Shown piece by piece: positions 28,468 to 37,910 of a stretch of 64,000 bases of DNA (position 1 is the stretch's first letter; each line of letters opens with the position of its first letter). Under the pieces are notes generated by a model that did not search any database, was not told the DNA's origin, and saw nothing but the letters and a program-made list of their open reading frames with translations. This stretch comes from a virus. Its lineage: Duplodnaviria; Heunggongvirae; Uroviricota; Caudoviricetes. Location of the stretch: the IMG/VR virus record IMGVR_UViG_2868597578_000002; one strand, given 5' to 3'. Position numbers and translations under genes: made by a program.

Positions 28468-28505
28468 AAAGGTACATCGCAAAATGCTACGATGTACCTT
28501 TTTTA
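28468..28505 (+). terminator. Rho-independent terminator (aaggtacatcg-loop-cgatgtacctttttt)
   Basis: 11-bp stem followed by a T-run. Confidence 0.6.
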
Positions 28506-28522
28506 TTTTATTTTGCATATTG
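28505..28522 (+). promoter_or_regulatory. Conserved GCATATT motif copy upstream of the SSB-like gene
   Basis: ttttattttgcatattggag. Confidence 0.5.
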
Positions 28523-28594
28523 GAGAATAGAGAAAAGAAAAAAAAGACTCTCTAAAAGAAAGAAAACTATAGAAAAAAAAGAGGAGGAAAAAAT

Positions 28595-29449
28595 ATGGCA
28601 AGACATAATTATGTGAGTGTTCTTGCGCTGGTACGAAAGGAACCAAAATTCAAAGACACAGTTGACGGAAGAGCCGGAATCGTTGGTCTTACAACGATTA
28701 TGAGTGGAAGAGAGTACGACAAGGCTACAAGCGGTTATCAATTAAACAGTGTTTCTTTTTGTGCCAGAACACAGGAAAAAGAAATCCTTGATGTGATGGA
28801 TACATTGCAGTTATGGGATGTTGTAAAAATGACAGGATTTTTAGCAACAAGAGAAAAAGATAAAAAAGCAGAGTGTCCGTTTTGCAATGCGGTCAACCGA
28901 AGAGTTGATGCATGCGTAAGAAACGGAAAGCCAAAATCCGGTGGTAATGAGATTTTTGTATATCCAATTACGCTAAGAGTAGAGGAGAAGTTTGAAACCG
29001 AACAGGCAGCGTACGAGTATCTGCATGCAAACGAAGAGGATGCAAACCGTGTGTTTGTGCTTGGTAATTTAACAAACTCTCCTATCCACGGGGAGCTGCA
29101 GGGAGGACGAAAGCCGTATACAAGATTCCAGCTGGCTATCAACCGTAAGTATTGCCCAAAGGGCGGAAATGAAATGTACGAAAGGACAGACTATCCGTGG
29201 GTGTATTCTTATGGCGACAAATCTATCGAAGATTACCAGAATCTTGAAAAAGGTGCCCTCGTATTTGTAGATGGCGCCCTGCAGGCAAGAAAATTTAAAG
29301 AACAGTACACCTGTGGAGTATGCGGCGAAGAGTATGACGTAAGGGGAAGGACACTGGAAGTCCTTTCATACGATACAGAATATCTTAGACTTCCGAACCT
29401 GGCTCCGGATGACGAAGAAGACGATGATGAGAACGAAGATTCAGAGTAA
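28595..29449 (+). CDS. Tandem OB-fold SSB-like protein with zinc-ribbon insertions (putative ssDNA-binding protein)
   Basis: NYVSVLALVRKEPKFKDTVDGRAGIVGLTT and NRVFVLGNLTNSPIHGELQGGRKPYTRFQLAINR both follow the SSB OB-fold N-terminal pattern (N-x-V-x-L-x-G-x-L-x-x-x-P-...-F-x-LA). CxxC...C pairs. Acidic DDEEDDDENEDSE tail like SSB C-tails. Confidence 0.45.
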   Translation: MARHNYVSVLALVRKEPKFKDTVDGRAGIVGLTTIMSGREYDKATSGYQLNSVSFCARTQEKEILDVMDTLQLWDVVKMTGFLATREKDKKAECPFCNAVNRRVDACVRNGKPKSGGNEIFVYPITLRVEEKFETEQAAYEYLHANEEDANRVFVLGNLTNSPIHGELQGGRKPYTRFQLAINRKYCPKGGNEMYERTDYPWVYSYGDKSIEDYQNLEKGALVFVDGALQARKFKEQYTCGVCGEEYDVRGRTLEVLSYDTEYLRLPNLAPDDEEDDDENEDSE

Positions 29450-29564
29450 CTATATGAGGCAGCGGCATAAACTCCGCTGCTTTTTTGATGAAACAAAAAA
29501 CATTCATATTAAATGTGAAACAAAAACAAATAAGAAAGGGGAAATTAATTTGAGAACATTTAAT

Positions 29565-30647
29565 ATGGAAGGCCTGAAAGATTTATGGGAAGACTATTCT
29601 TCTGCAATAAAATCGACAAAGATTGATTTTAAAAAAGCAAAAATCTATCAGGCAAAGGAAATAAAAACAGGAGGGCTGGAAATGCTGGTCACATCTGTAA
29701 GTACTGGAAAACAGGAGACGATTTTTGAGCAATTGCCTGATAAAATGTGCTATATCATCAATAAATCCGAGTGCTTTTATGAGATTGACGGAATACGTTA
29801 TATCCCAAGCCGCGAAGTAAACAGCAGAACACTGAACGATTACAGCCGCAAGAATATCGTTGATGACTGTATGAACAAAGGAAAAACAAAAGAACCTCCT
29901 ATAACGGTAAATCATTTCTCATCACCGGACACATTGAAAACACTGGCCGGAAGATTAAGGCGGACAGATGAGCTTATCGGTATTCATTATAAACTGGTCC
30001 GTGCCAGAAAAAAAGTATATGCACGGCTTGTTGGGTTAAAATCTATGAATGGTGAGAATCAGATTTCTGCGGTAGAGATTGCTGGATGTCTATATAATAA
30101 ATGCGGAAGGAGTATGCTGTTTGAGTCTGCATACCTAGAGCAGATAAAAAGACAGCCAGCATTAAGCTTTACTTTTAGATGCAAACCTGCCCGGTTGCGT
30201 TCCGACGGAATCCCGGTATGTATTTTGTTCCAGGATACATTATCTGGGAGAAAGAGCATGCGCGTCGATTTTGCAGTAAAGATTGATAACAGGCTGTATA
30301 TCCTTGACAGCATGGAAGTTAACCATCGTACTAAGATGTCCGGAGACGAGATTGCCGATAACATCATTAAGCGATTTGAAGTATGTTATACGGCAGATTT
30401 AAATCTAAATATTACAGCAAATGATATCATTAAAAACGTGCTGCAAAAAGGACTTGTTCCAAAAAAAGCAGAAGAGAGGTTTGTAACTTACATGTCATCT
30501 ATTAACACTGATACACCAATCGCTATGGCTTCAGATGTAATAAAGACAGGGATATTTAATATAAAAAACAAAAAGCATACAAGCAGCGGATATGACGGAG
30601 GAAAGCGTCGCTATGAGTTGGAGCTAGGGCGCGCTCTGATAAGATAA
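29565..30647 (+). CDS. Hypothetical protein (~360 aa)
   Basis: ORF 29409..30647. Start placed at ATG 29565 (MEGLKDLWEDY) after RBS aaagggg. No recognisable motifs. Confidence 0.4.
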   Translation: MEGLKDLWEDYSSAIKSTKIDFKKAKIYQAKEIKTGGLEMLVTSVSTGKQETIFEQLPDKMCYIINKSECFYEIDGIRYIPSREVNSRTLNDYSRKNIVDDCMNKGKTKEPPITVNHFSSPDTLKTLAGRLRRTDELIGIHYKLVRARKKVYARLVGLKSMNGENQISAVEIAGCLYNKCGRSMLFESAYLEQIKRQPALSFTFRCKPARLRSDGIPVCILFQDTLSGRKSMRVDFAVKIDNRLYILDSMEVNHRTKMSGDEIADNIIKRFEVCYTADLNLNITANDIIKNVLQKGLVPKKAEERFVTYMSSINTDTPIAMASDVIKTGIFNIKNKKHTSSGYDGGKRRYELELGRALIR

Positions 30648-30704
30648 TGTTTTCAAAAAATATAAGACCGGGGAGATATCTCCGGTTTCTTTTTTGGCAT
30701 ACTA

Positions 30705-30800
30705 ATTTTAATCTCTGCACTCAGTCTTACGGCTTCGCTTGACATTTGCTGCGTAAATTGGTAACGAATCCGGCAGGGCTGGTGAGGTATCGAGATAAAT
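30705..30800. repeat. Family-1 / module-E repeat copy (tcagtcttacggcttcgcttgaca...ggtaacgaatccggcagggctggtgaggtatcgagat)
   Basis: Shares modules with 44160-44340 and 25500-25560. Confidence 0.55.
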
Positions 30801-30827
30801 GCATAAGAAGGTATGGAGGAATAAAGT

Positions 30828-31697
30828 ATGGCATTTATGACAGAAACGGCAAAATATGAAACAAAAAATGTGGAAAATATGATTAGAGGCTCTCGTAATA
30901 TTACTTTTTTGAATATATTTAGCGTAGGTAAAGAAATCCTGCGTATCGAAGCAGAAACCTATTATGTGGAAGATGTTCTTGAGAATGGCGATGTTATTAA
31001 TATAATCGGAAAATTCATTGCAAACTCTGACCCTTGTGCCAAATTGAACATCGTTTGTAAAGATGAAAGAAAGAGAAGACCAGAAACATTAAGAAAAGTT
31101 GGAGTAACACTTGAAGAATTAAGAAATGGTATGAAAAAGAAGGAAATGGCAAGAGCTGTGTCTGATTATTTTATAAAATATGACGGGATTATAGTTTCTT
31201 GCAAACCATATTCTATTATTTCGATGCTGAATAATGATATCATTGAATCCAAGTATAAATCTATTGATAATTCATATTTTGATATAAAGAGAATGGCTAA
31301 AAAGTGCGGTGAAAATTTTACAGATAAGAACAGCCTGGAAAATCTAAAAGAAACATTTATAGACTGCACCGGAAGTTACCGCAGGATGAAAAAGATGGAA
31401 CAAAATAAAAAGGCCTGTGTTGTAAACTATGCGTATTTTTGGCAGAGTTCGTATCGAAACTATGCAGAATGGATTTTTTGCGATACTTCGATTGGGAAGA
31501 TTTATTATGACACGTTGACTGAGAAATGGGGGATTACCAAAAAAGAGGAAAAAGAAAATGGGCTGCGTATCGAAAGTGTTGATACTTTTGATGTAAAAAA
31601 ACAATTGATGGATAAATATAGAGTGAATAGCATGATGGAGCTTAAAAATCTGCTCAAAGAAAAAGCAGAAGAAAGAGAAAAAAGAATGGCAGTCTGA
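30828..31697 (+). CDS. Hypothetical protein (289 aa)
   Basis: RBS aggtatggaggaataaagtATG. No recognisable motifs. Confidence 0.5.
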   Translation: MAFMTETAKYETKNVENMIRGSRNITFLNIFSVGKEILRIEAETYYVEDVLENGDVINIIGKFIANSDPCAKLNIVCKDERKRRPETLRKVGVTLEELRNGMKKKEMARAVSDYFIKYDGIIVSCKPYSIISMLNNDIIESKYKSIDNSYFDIKRMAKKCGENFTDKNSLENLKETFIDCTGSYRRMKKMEQNKKACVVNYAYFWQSSYRNYAEWIFCDTSIGKIYYDTLTEKWGITKKEEKENGLRIESVDTFDVKKQLMDKYRVNSMMELKNLLKEKAEEREKRMAV

Positions 31698-31862
31698 TAT
31701 CTGGAAATAAGTCCGGCAAATCCGGGAAGTCAGTAACAAAGAACAGAAGTTTCAGGCTGGAGATGCTGCTCTGGTGTTTTTTAGCGACAATCAAATTTGG
31801 CATATTAAAGATGCTAAACAAAATATAGCTAAAATAGCTAAAAAAAGAAAGGAAAAAATATT

Positions 31863-33014
31863 ATGAAATTTAAAACAGACTATGAGACATTTAGAGGAGC
31901 AATCGCAACAATTGGAAAAGCTGTAAAGAAAAACGGTATCAACGAAATGGCCGTTGTTAAGATGGAGGTAAAAGGAAATATCCTGGAATTATCTACAAAT
32001 GGTAATATTGGATGCATCGTCCAGGTTGAATTGACAGATGGAGAAGATGGAGAGTTTGTCGTGTCATTTTCAGAACTTAACATCTTTAGTCTTAGAAAGT
32101 GCACCGGAAAAATCTCTGCGTCATCAAGTGATGATGGCAACGCTATGACCATGATGTACAGAGACGGAAATGCAAAGACTGTACTCACAAGAGTTGATGT
32201 TGTATTTAATGACGTAGCCAAGCCTGAAAAAGATACACCGAAGGTTGCGCTTCCGTTTGCAACATTAAAGAAAATGGTTGCAGAAACAATTTTTGCTGCA
32301 AGCCGTGAGGAGACAAATGCAGGGTATGGCGTACATCTGAATATCCGTGAAGATGAGGACGGACTGCTGGCTCTTACGATTACATGTCTTGATGGCTTAC
32401 GCGTGGCTCAGCGAACTGCATATGCTGTCAAGAATGGAGACTACACCGGAACTGTGATTGTTCCGCCTGAGCAGTTTAAGACAATGATTGACATTGTAGA
32501 TGCATCAGATGATGATGCTAATATCGATATTACTATCGATAGCGGAAAATTATATATGGATTACAGTAAAAAGCATGTGTGCATTCCGGTCCTGGATAAA
32601 AAATATCCGGCCGTACAGCGAATGATTGACGGAGAAATCGGAAAAGATGCTTGCAAATTCTCTATCACAATTGACAAGAGAGATTTTATTGAATCCATCT
32701 CCTGTGTTCAGTATGTACTTCAGGAGACCGGGGCATCTGGAGTGAACTCATCAGCGATGCTGAAATTCAAAGAAAAAGAACTCGAGATTGGAGGAATCGG
32801 TCTTTCTCAGTATGGAGAAAAGATTGAGGCTGAGACAGTCGGAGAAGTTCCAGAGCCTGCTTATTTTAACCCGGATTTTCTGAAAGAAGCAGCAAGCATT
32901 TATCCTAAGGACAAAATTACAATCGGAGTGATTGGACCGAAAGCGCCAATCTGGATGTGCTGTGGGGACAGTAATGAATATGTTTACTGTGTGCTTCCAA
33001 GAAAACGCGAATAA
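31863..33014 (+). CDS. dnaN: DNA polymerase III beta sliding clamp (DnaN)-like protein
   Basis: 383 aa, the size of a three-domain clamp. The C-terminus YFNPDFLKEAASIYPKDKITIGVIGPKAPIWMCCGDSNEYVYCVLPRKR parallels the DnaN C-terminus (xFNxxYLxDxL...L...gxxxPxxx...dxxxxYxYxxMPxR). Confidence 0.6.
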   Translation: MKFKTDYETFRGAIATIGKAVKKNGINEMAVVKMEVKGNILELSTNGNIGCIVQVELTDGEDGEFVVSFSELNIFSLRKCTGKISASSSDDGNAMTMMYRDGNAKTVLTRVDVVFNDVAKPEKDTPKVALPFATLKKMVAETIFAASREETNAGYGVHLNIREDEDGLLALTITCLDGLRVAQRTAYAVKNGDYTGTVIVPPEQFKTMIDIVDASDDDANIDITIDSGKLYMDYSKKHVCIPVLDKKYPAVQRMIDGEIGKDACKFSITIDKRDFIESISCVQYVLQETGASGVNSSAMLKFKEKELEIGGIGLSQYGEKIEAETVGEVPEPAYFNPDFLKEAASIYPKDKITIGVIGPKAPIWMCCGDSNEYVYCVLPRKRE

Positions 33015-33039
33015 GATAAGAATAGAAAAGTTAACATAA

Positions 33040-33072
33040 TAAAAAAGCAAGAGGGCAGCCCTCTTGCTTTTT
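33040..33072. terminator. Bidirectional terminator between convergent genes (aaaaagcaagagggc-agccctcttgcttttttt)
   Basis: Perfect palindrome flanked by A-run and T-run. Confidence 0.65.
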
Positions 33073-33726
33073 TTATTCTTGCGCGTTTTCTAATTGTCCA
33101 TATTTTGACATGAACATATAGTTATGAAAAAGAAAATCATTTTTCACTGCAGACGGCATGCTGTCGTGCATGTATTCCAGCGGTGTTGCATAAAAACTGA
33201 TATATAATTGATATAATTTATTTTGTTTTAAATATTTAATACACTCTTTTGAAGAAAAAAACCTGTATAGTTCATCTTCTGATTTGAACATACATGTTTT
33301 GTTGATTACGTATTGAAGACATATTTTGGCGCGAAGCATACCTAAGTATCCGTACATATAGTCCTTTGGGTATCGCCCCTCTCCTGCCATTACCTTATCA
33401 TATACACGAAGTGTATACCTTTTTACGTCGTAATCTACATAGCGAGGATAAAGAAGATAAAGGATATATTCTGTATCATCCTTGGTAACATCAGATGGAA
33501 ACGCAATGTATTTTACCATCTGGTCAAGTTTCATAAACGAAATGTAATTTTTATTAAATAGCTTTATTGCATTGTGGATATCCCATCCTAATAAATTCTC
33601 TATCGCATATCGGATTACAGAAAGTGCAATCCTCTCGTTTCCCTTTTTATCAAACAAAAAATAGCTTGTCGGTATGCGCTGCCGGTTTCCAAGCAGGACA
33701 TCTTCATAATCGTTTAATATTCCCAT
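33073..33726 (-). CDS. Hypothetical protein on the minus strand (217 aa)
   Basis: Y/K-rich with no recognisable motif. Confidence 0.45.
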   Translation of the reverse strand: MGILNDYEDVLLGNRQRIPTSYFLFDKKGNERIALSVIRYAIENLLGWDIHNAIKLFNKNYISFMKLDQMVKYIAFPSDVTKDDTEYILYLLYPRYVDYDVKRYTLRVYDKVMAGEGRYPKDYMYGYLGMLRAKICLQYVINKTCMFKSEDELYRFFSSKECIKYLKQNKLYQLYISFYATPLEYMHDSMPSAVKNDFLFHNYMFMSKYGQLENAQE

Positions 33727-33814
33727 TGTATTTTAACTCCTTTTTCCGATATTTTTTATTTCTTTCTTTTAATATGCGAAATGAATCCCTTTTTAACCTA
33801 GCCGTGCCGATATT

Positions 33815-33833
33815 TTTTTTATTTTGCATATTG
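33815..33833 (+). promoter_or_regulatory. Conserved GCATATT motif copy upstream of 33861 CDS
   Basis: ttttttattttgcatattgg, 28 nt upstream of the ATG. Near-identical to the copy at 28505-28522 (ttttattttgcatattgg). Confidence 0.5.
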
Positions 33834-33860
33834 GAGATAAAGATAAAGGAGGAAAAATAT

Positions 33861-34961
33861 ATGGCGACAACAGATATTTTATACAGATATTTTAAAGCCA
33901 GACAGGAAGTAAATGAAAACGGACATGCAGAAACTCTTGCTCAATGCATCCATTACAATCGCGGAGTTGATGCAGTGGTCCTTGATATGAAAGATAAAGG
34001 ACTGGCTCAAAAAATATTAAAAGAAGCAGATATAAATGATGCTTTTGACTCATGGCTGTTGGATATTGCTGGAAACTTGGTTTTAATATATCCACGAGAA
34101 CAAAGAGAAAAATACATGGAAATTCAGCCACATTTGGTGCTTGGAGAAAAACTGGTGCAGTATGGAGGATTTTCGCACAGCGAAGCAAAAGGTATGATAG
34201 ATTTTCTTAAGGAAGCAGGAGTGGATTATAAGCAGTCTATCGGAGAGGATGGAAGGATTAGCTTTTTGCTTGCAGAAAATAAAGAATATATATTTAAAAA
34301 CGCGATAGATACAATAAAGCGAGAAGAAACCACGGAAGTTGGCGAAAAACATTTCGTATCACAGAATTTGTATTGGCGCTATGCCATCAACCAGGCTTCA
34401 AAGGCGCTAAATCATGATGGCGTTGTATTTTTAGGAAGTGAAGCAGGGACACGTGGAATAAGAGTTGACAAAAATGGAGCAATCAGTATGAATCCATTAA
34501 AAAAAGGACGTTTTATTCCAAAAAATGACCCGGATTATGAGCGTAAAGTATTGAGTGAAATTCTGAATACGATGAACGGAAAAGAATTTCCTGTGAAAGT
34601 TTTTTATGGAGAACTCGCCGATGCGATGAGCAAGGACATGACACGTAAAAGTTTACGGGAATCCCCTCTGATGCTAAAAAAAAGAGAAGCATTGGATATA
34701 TTAAATTTAAGTGATATCCCTTCTGTTGATGAAATTGGAAAGATGGTAAACAATCTTGAGGACTATGGAGACCGCGAAAGAAAAGCGATTTATTCTTTGA
34801 TGCGGATGCGGGTATGTCGGGATTACAAGATAGAAGATATCCAAGCGTACAAGATGTCTAAGCAGGATAAGCAGGATTATAAACAGATGCATGAACAACA
34901 TATAAAACAATTTGCGAAAGGATGTAGACAAGACAGGGAGGGGCTGGTAGATGAAAGATGA
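33861..34961 (+). CDS. Hypothetical protein upstream of the coupling protein (~366 aa)
   Basis: RBS aaaggaggaaaaatatATG at 33861; the ORF-track 33567 start is an upstream extension. No HUH/relaxase motif recognised. Confidence 0.45.
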   Translation: MATTDILYRYFKARQEVNENGHAETLAQCIHYNRGVDAVVLDMKDKGLAQKILKEADINDAFDSWLLDIAGNLVLIYPREQREKYMEIQPHLVLGEKLVQYGGFSHSEAKGMIDFLKEAGVDYKQSIGEDGRISFLLAENKEYIFKNAIDTIKREETTEVGEKHFVSQNLYWRYAINQASKALNHDGVVFLGSEAGTRGIRVDKNGAISMNPLKKGRFIPKNDPDYERKVLSEILNTMNGKEFPVKVFYGELADAMSKDMTRKSLRESPLMLKKREALDILNLSDIPSVDEIGKMVNNLEDYGDRERKAIYSLMRMRVCRDYKIEDIQAYKMSKQDKQDYKQMHEQHIKQFAKGCRQDREGLVDER

Positions 34962-37500
34962 TAAAGAACTTGAACAGAAAAAGCTTGCCTTTGTCTTGTA
35001 TGGCATCTTGTGGTTTATTGGACTGATGATAGCTGGTGCATTTGGCTATCAGAAGCATACACAGGATGGAGCAAGTATCTTTTCAGCAGTGGAAACGGTA
35101 TCCCATTTTGGTATCTTCTATTGGTTAAATCCGGTAAGCTGGGGTACATGCTTAAGATGGACGTTTATATATTGGATTGGTGTAGCGCTTTTCATGATAT
35201 ATGAGCAAAAATGGAAACATGATGCGGCCGGTAAAGAGGCCGGCTCGGCTCATTGGAATAAGAAAGTTGAAGAATTTAACCAAGGACATTCGGAGCCGTT
35301 TGGTGAAAAGACTTTTAGTGACGAGCCTGGTCTGACAAAAAAAATGGGTGGGGAAAACCTGAACAATAAAAAGACACCACCAGTACCAGGGAACCCTAAC
35401 ATGATAGAATCGGAATTGGTAAGGCTGTCAACAGCTGATATGAAAACACATTTGAATAACAATGTTTTTATTGTCGGTGGTGCTGGTACTGGTAAATCAC
35501 GATTTTTTATAAAGCCAAACGTATTACAGATGAACTGCTCTTACATAGTAACAGACCCTTCCGGAGAGCTTCTGAAATCAATGCATAACGTATTGGTTGA
35601 GAATGGGTATAAGATAAAAGTATTTAACTTGGTCGATATGTCTCATTCAAATAAGTACAATCCATTCCGATACGTCAGGAGCGAAACAGATGTCAGTATT
35701 CTGGTGGACTGTTTTATTTCAAACACAACAGGTCCGGACCAAAAAAGCGGCGACCCGTTCTGGGATAAATCGGAAAAGGCTTTGCTCTCAGCGCTGGTAT
35801 TTTATCTTGTTGATATTGCTGATGCAGAGTTTAGGAAGTTCTCAACCATTTTGTGGATGGTACAGTTGGCACAGATGGATGAAAACGGCCGGCCAGGGCA
35901 AAAGCCATCGTCTGAATTTGGCTTCTCTATAGATATGCCGCTTGATGAATTGTTTGATGGAACAAAAAAAATCGGTAAAAAAACGATTACAGATAAAAAG
36001 ACAGGAAAGAAACAGACGGTGCTGGATGCTGTGGAAGTTACGGACCAAAAAGAAATTGGAAGGCTGCGTGATAAAATAGAGACTTCACTTTGCCTCACCA
36101 ACTATAAGACGTTCAAACTTGGTGGAACAAAAACGTTGAAATCCATCTTGATTTCAGCTGCTGTTAGACTGAACCCATTCAGCATTCCGGCAATCCAGAA
36201 TCTGACAGATGATGATAACGTGGAACTGGAGAAGGTGGGCGATGAATTGACGTGCTTTTTTGCAATCATTCCGCAGACGAACAGCACATTTAACTTCTTG
36301 ATTTCCATGCTGTTCTCTCAGATGTTTGAATCTTTATATTATAAGGGTGCCACAATACCGAATAGCCGGCTTCCATATCATGTAAGGTTCCTGCTCGATG
36401 AGTTCGCCAACATCGGCAAGATTCCGGAATTCCCACAGAAGATTTCCACTTGCCGAAAATATAATATATCAACAACGATTGTCCTGCAGTCTATTGCACA
36501 GATAAAAATGCTGTATAAGGATGACTATGAGACAATCATCGGTAACTGTGACACCGCAATCTGCCTTGGTACAAATGAGCAGACTACGGCAGATTATTTC
36601 AGTAAAAAACTTGGAAAAGGTACCATCACGTCGAGAAGTAAATCCACGCCCGTGGGCAAGAGCGGAGGCAATCTATCGTTTAACCAAACAGGACGTGAAT
36701 TGATGCTTCCAGATGAGATAATGACCATGCCGTTTGACAAATGTATTGTCATGATGCGAGGAATCGACCCATTTTATGATAGTAAATATCCACTGGAAAA
36801 GCATCCACAGTTTATGAAAACAGGTGATGGGGATGAAGAAAACTTTTATTTCCTGGAGCAGGACGAAGAGTTTTCGTGCGTTGATAAGTCAGTAGAATAT
36901 GAGGAGATAGCCGAGCAGGAAGAAAATAATGATACAGTAAGCGAAAAGTACCAGCCTAAAACACTGGAAGAAGTGCTGGACGGAATTCTGGTCAACTATC
37001 CGGAAGAAGATGGATATTATCTGATTAAGGATGCAGATAATAACAAAACAAGGAATTCAATGATTACAAAGTACAGTGAATTGCTGGAAGACACAATCCA
37101 GATGTCTATGGGTAACGACGAAACAACGATATTGTTTGACGGAAAAAATATGGATATTGCTCTTGCAAAAGGTCTGATAAACAGGGCTTTTGAGCAACAC
37201 GACGGGGAATTTGAGGATTTAGTCGTTGCCTGCAACGGAATCAGTGATGGACATGTGTGCTGGTTCGGCGCAAAGAATGACCAGTGTAATATCGTTAAAG
37301 TAGCAGAACGATTACAGTTGTCAATATCCAAGAAAAAACGAGGAAACATATCCAGGCAGGATTTATATAAAGTTAATGATATCCTGTCAGAAGATAAATT
37401 TGAAGAATTAAAAAAAGGATGTAAAAATGGTGCTCATTGTATGGCTTCACAAAAAAATAACGATGTAGATTTTGATGATTATGATGATGATAATGATTGA
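34951..37500 (+). CDS. Type IV coupling protein (VirD4/TraG/TcpA family ATPase)
   Basis: Two N-terminal TM helices. Walker A FIVGGAGTGKSRFFIKPNVLQ. Walker B/DExx FLLDEFANIG. About 850 aa. Acidic C-terminal tail. Confidence 0.8.
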   Translation: MKDDKELEQKKLAFVLYGILWFIGLMIAGAFGYQKHTQDGASIFSAVETVSHFGIFYWLNPVSWGTCLRWTFIYWIGVALFMIYEQKWKHDAAGKEAGSAHWNKKVEEFNQGHSEPFGEKTFSDEPGLTKKMGGENLNNKKTPPVPGNPNMIESELVRLSTADMKTHLNNNVFIVGGAGTGKSRFFIKPNVLQMNCSYIVTDPSGELLKSMHNVLVENGYKIKVFNLVDMSHSNKYNPFRYVRSETDVSILVDCFISNTTGPDQKSGDPFWDKSEKALLSALVFYLVDIADAEFRKFSTILWMVQLAQMDENGRPGQKPSSEFGFSIDMPLDELFDGTKKIGKKTITDKKTGKKQTVLDAVEVTDQKEIGRLRDKIETSLCLTNYKTFKLGGTKTLKSILISAAVRLNPFSIPAIQNLTDDDNVELEKVGDELTCFFAIIPQTNSTFNFLISMLFSQMFESLYYKGATIPNSRLPYHVRFLLDEFANIGKIPEFPQKISTCRKYNISTTIVLQSIAQIKMLYKDDYETIIGNCDTAICLGTNEQTTADYFSKKLGKGTITSRSKSTPVGKSGGNLSFNQTGRELMLPDEIMTMPFDKCIVMMRGIDPFYDSKYPLEKHPQFMKTGDGDEENFYFLEQDEEFSCVDKSVEYEEIAEQEENNDTVSEKYQPKTLEEVLDGILVNYPEEDGYYLIKDADNNKTRNSMITKYSELLEDTIQMSMGNDETTILFDGKNMDIALAKGLINRAFEQHDGEFEDLVVACNGISDGHVCWFGAKNDQCNIVKVAERLQLSISKKKRGNISRQDLYKVNDILSEDKFEELKKGCKNGAHCMASQKNNDVDFDDYDDDND

Positions 37501-37512
37501 CATTGCTGGTTA

Positions 37513-37556
37513 GAAAGGACACCGCGTATAAAATACGCGGTGTCCTTTCTTTTTGC
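37513..37556 (+). terminator. Rho-independent terminator (gaaaggacaccgcgtat-loop-tacgcggtgtcctttc plus T5)
   Basis: 17-bp stem. Confidence 0.65.
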
Positions 37557-37644
37557 AAAAAAAAGCATTTTTACTCCGTTCGAAAAATGAAAAATTCGGC
37601 ATATTGAAGGCAAACCGCAAAAATAAAAAAAAGGAGAGAAAGAT

Positions 37645-37896
37645 ATGCAACATATTGAAATAACAGAGCATGACTTTGATGCCTTAATGGATAAACTGGA
37701 AAAAATTGAAATGGAAAACGATGGATATATTCCGTCAGAGGAAGACGTTTTTGATTATATTGAAAAAAATCCAGAAAGATATTACCTGTATTTGCTTTGG
37801 TATAGCGAACATAAGCCGAAGCCTCAGACAGAGGAAGAAAAAAAGATTTTAAAAAAAATTACAAAGATAACTAATCAGACAATCAAGATTTTATAA
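37645..37896 (+). CDS. Small hypothetical protein (83 aa)
   Basis: RBS aaaaggagagaaagatATG. Confidence 0.4.
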   Translation: MQHIEITEHDFDALMDKLEKIEMENDGYIPSEEDVFDYIEKNPERYYLYLLWYSEHKPKPQTEEEKKILKKITKITNQTIKIL

Positions 37897-37910
37897 GGAG
37901 GGAATAAAAA

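Noticed and set aside
33861-34961. Gene upstream of the coupling protein considered as the relaxase
   Set aside because: No HUH histidine triad or catalytic-tyrosine motif pattern was recognisable. The relaxase is probably outside the window, or too divergent to call without HMM searches.
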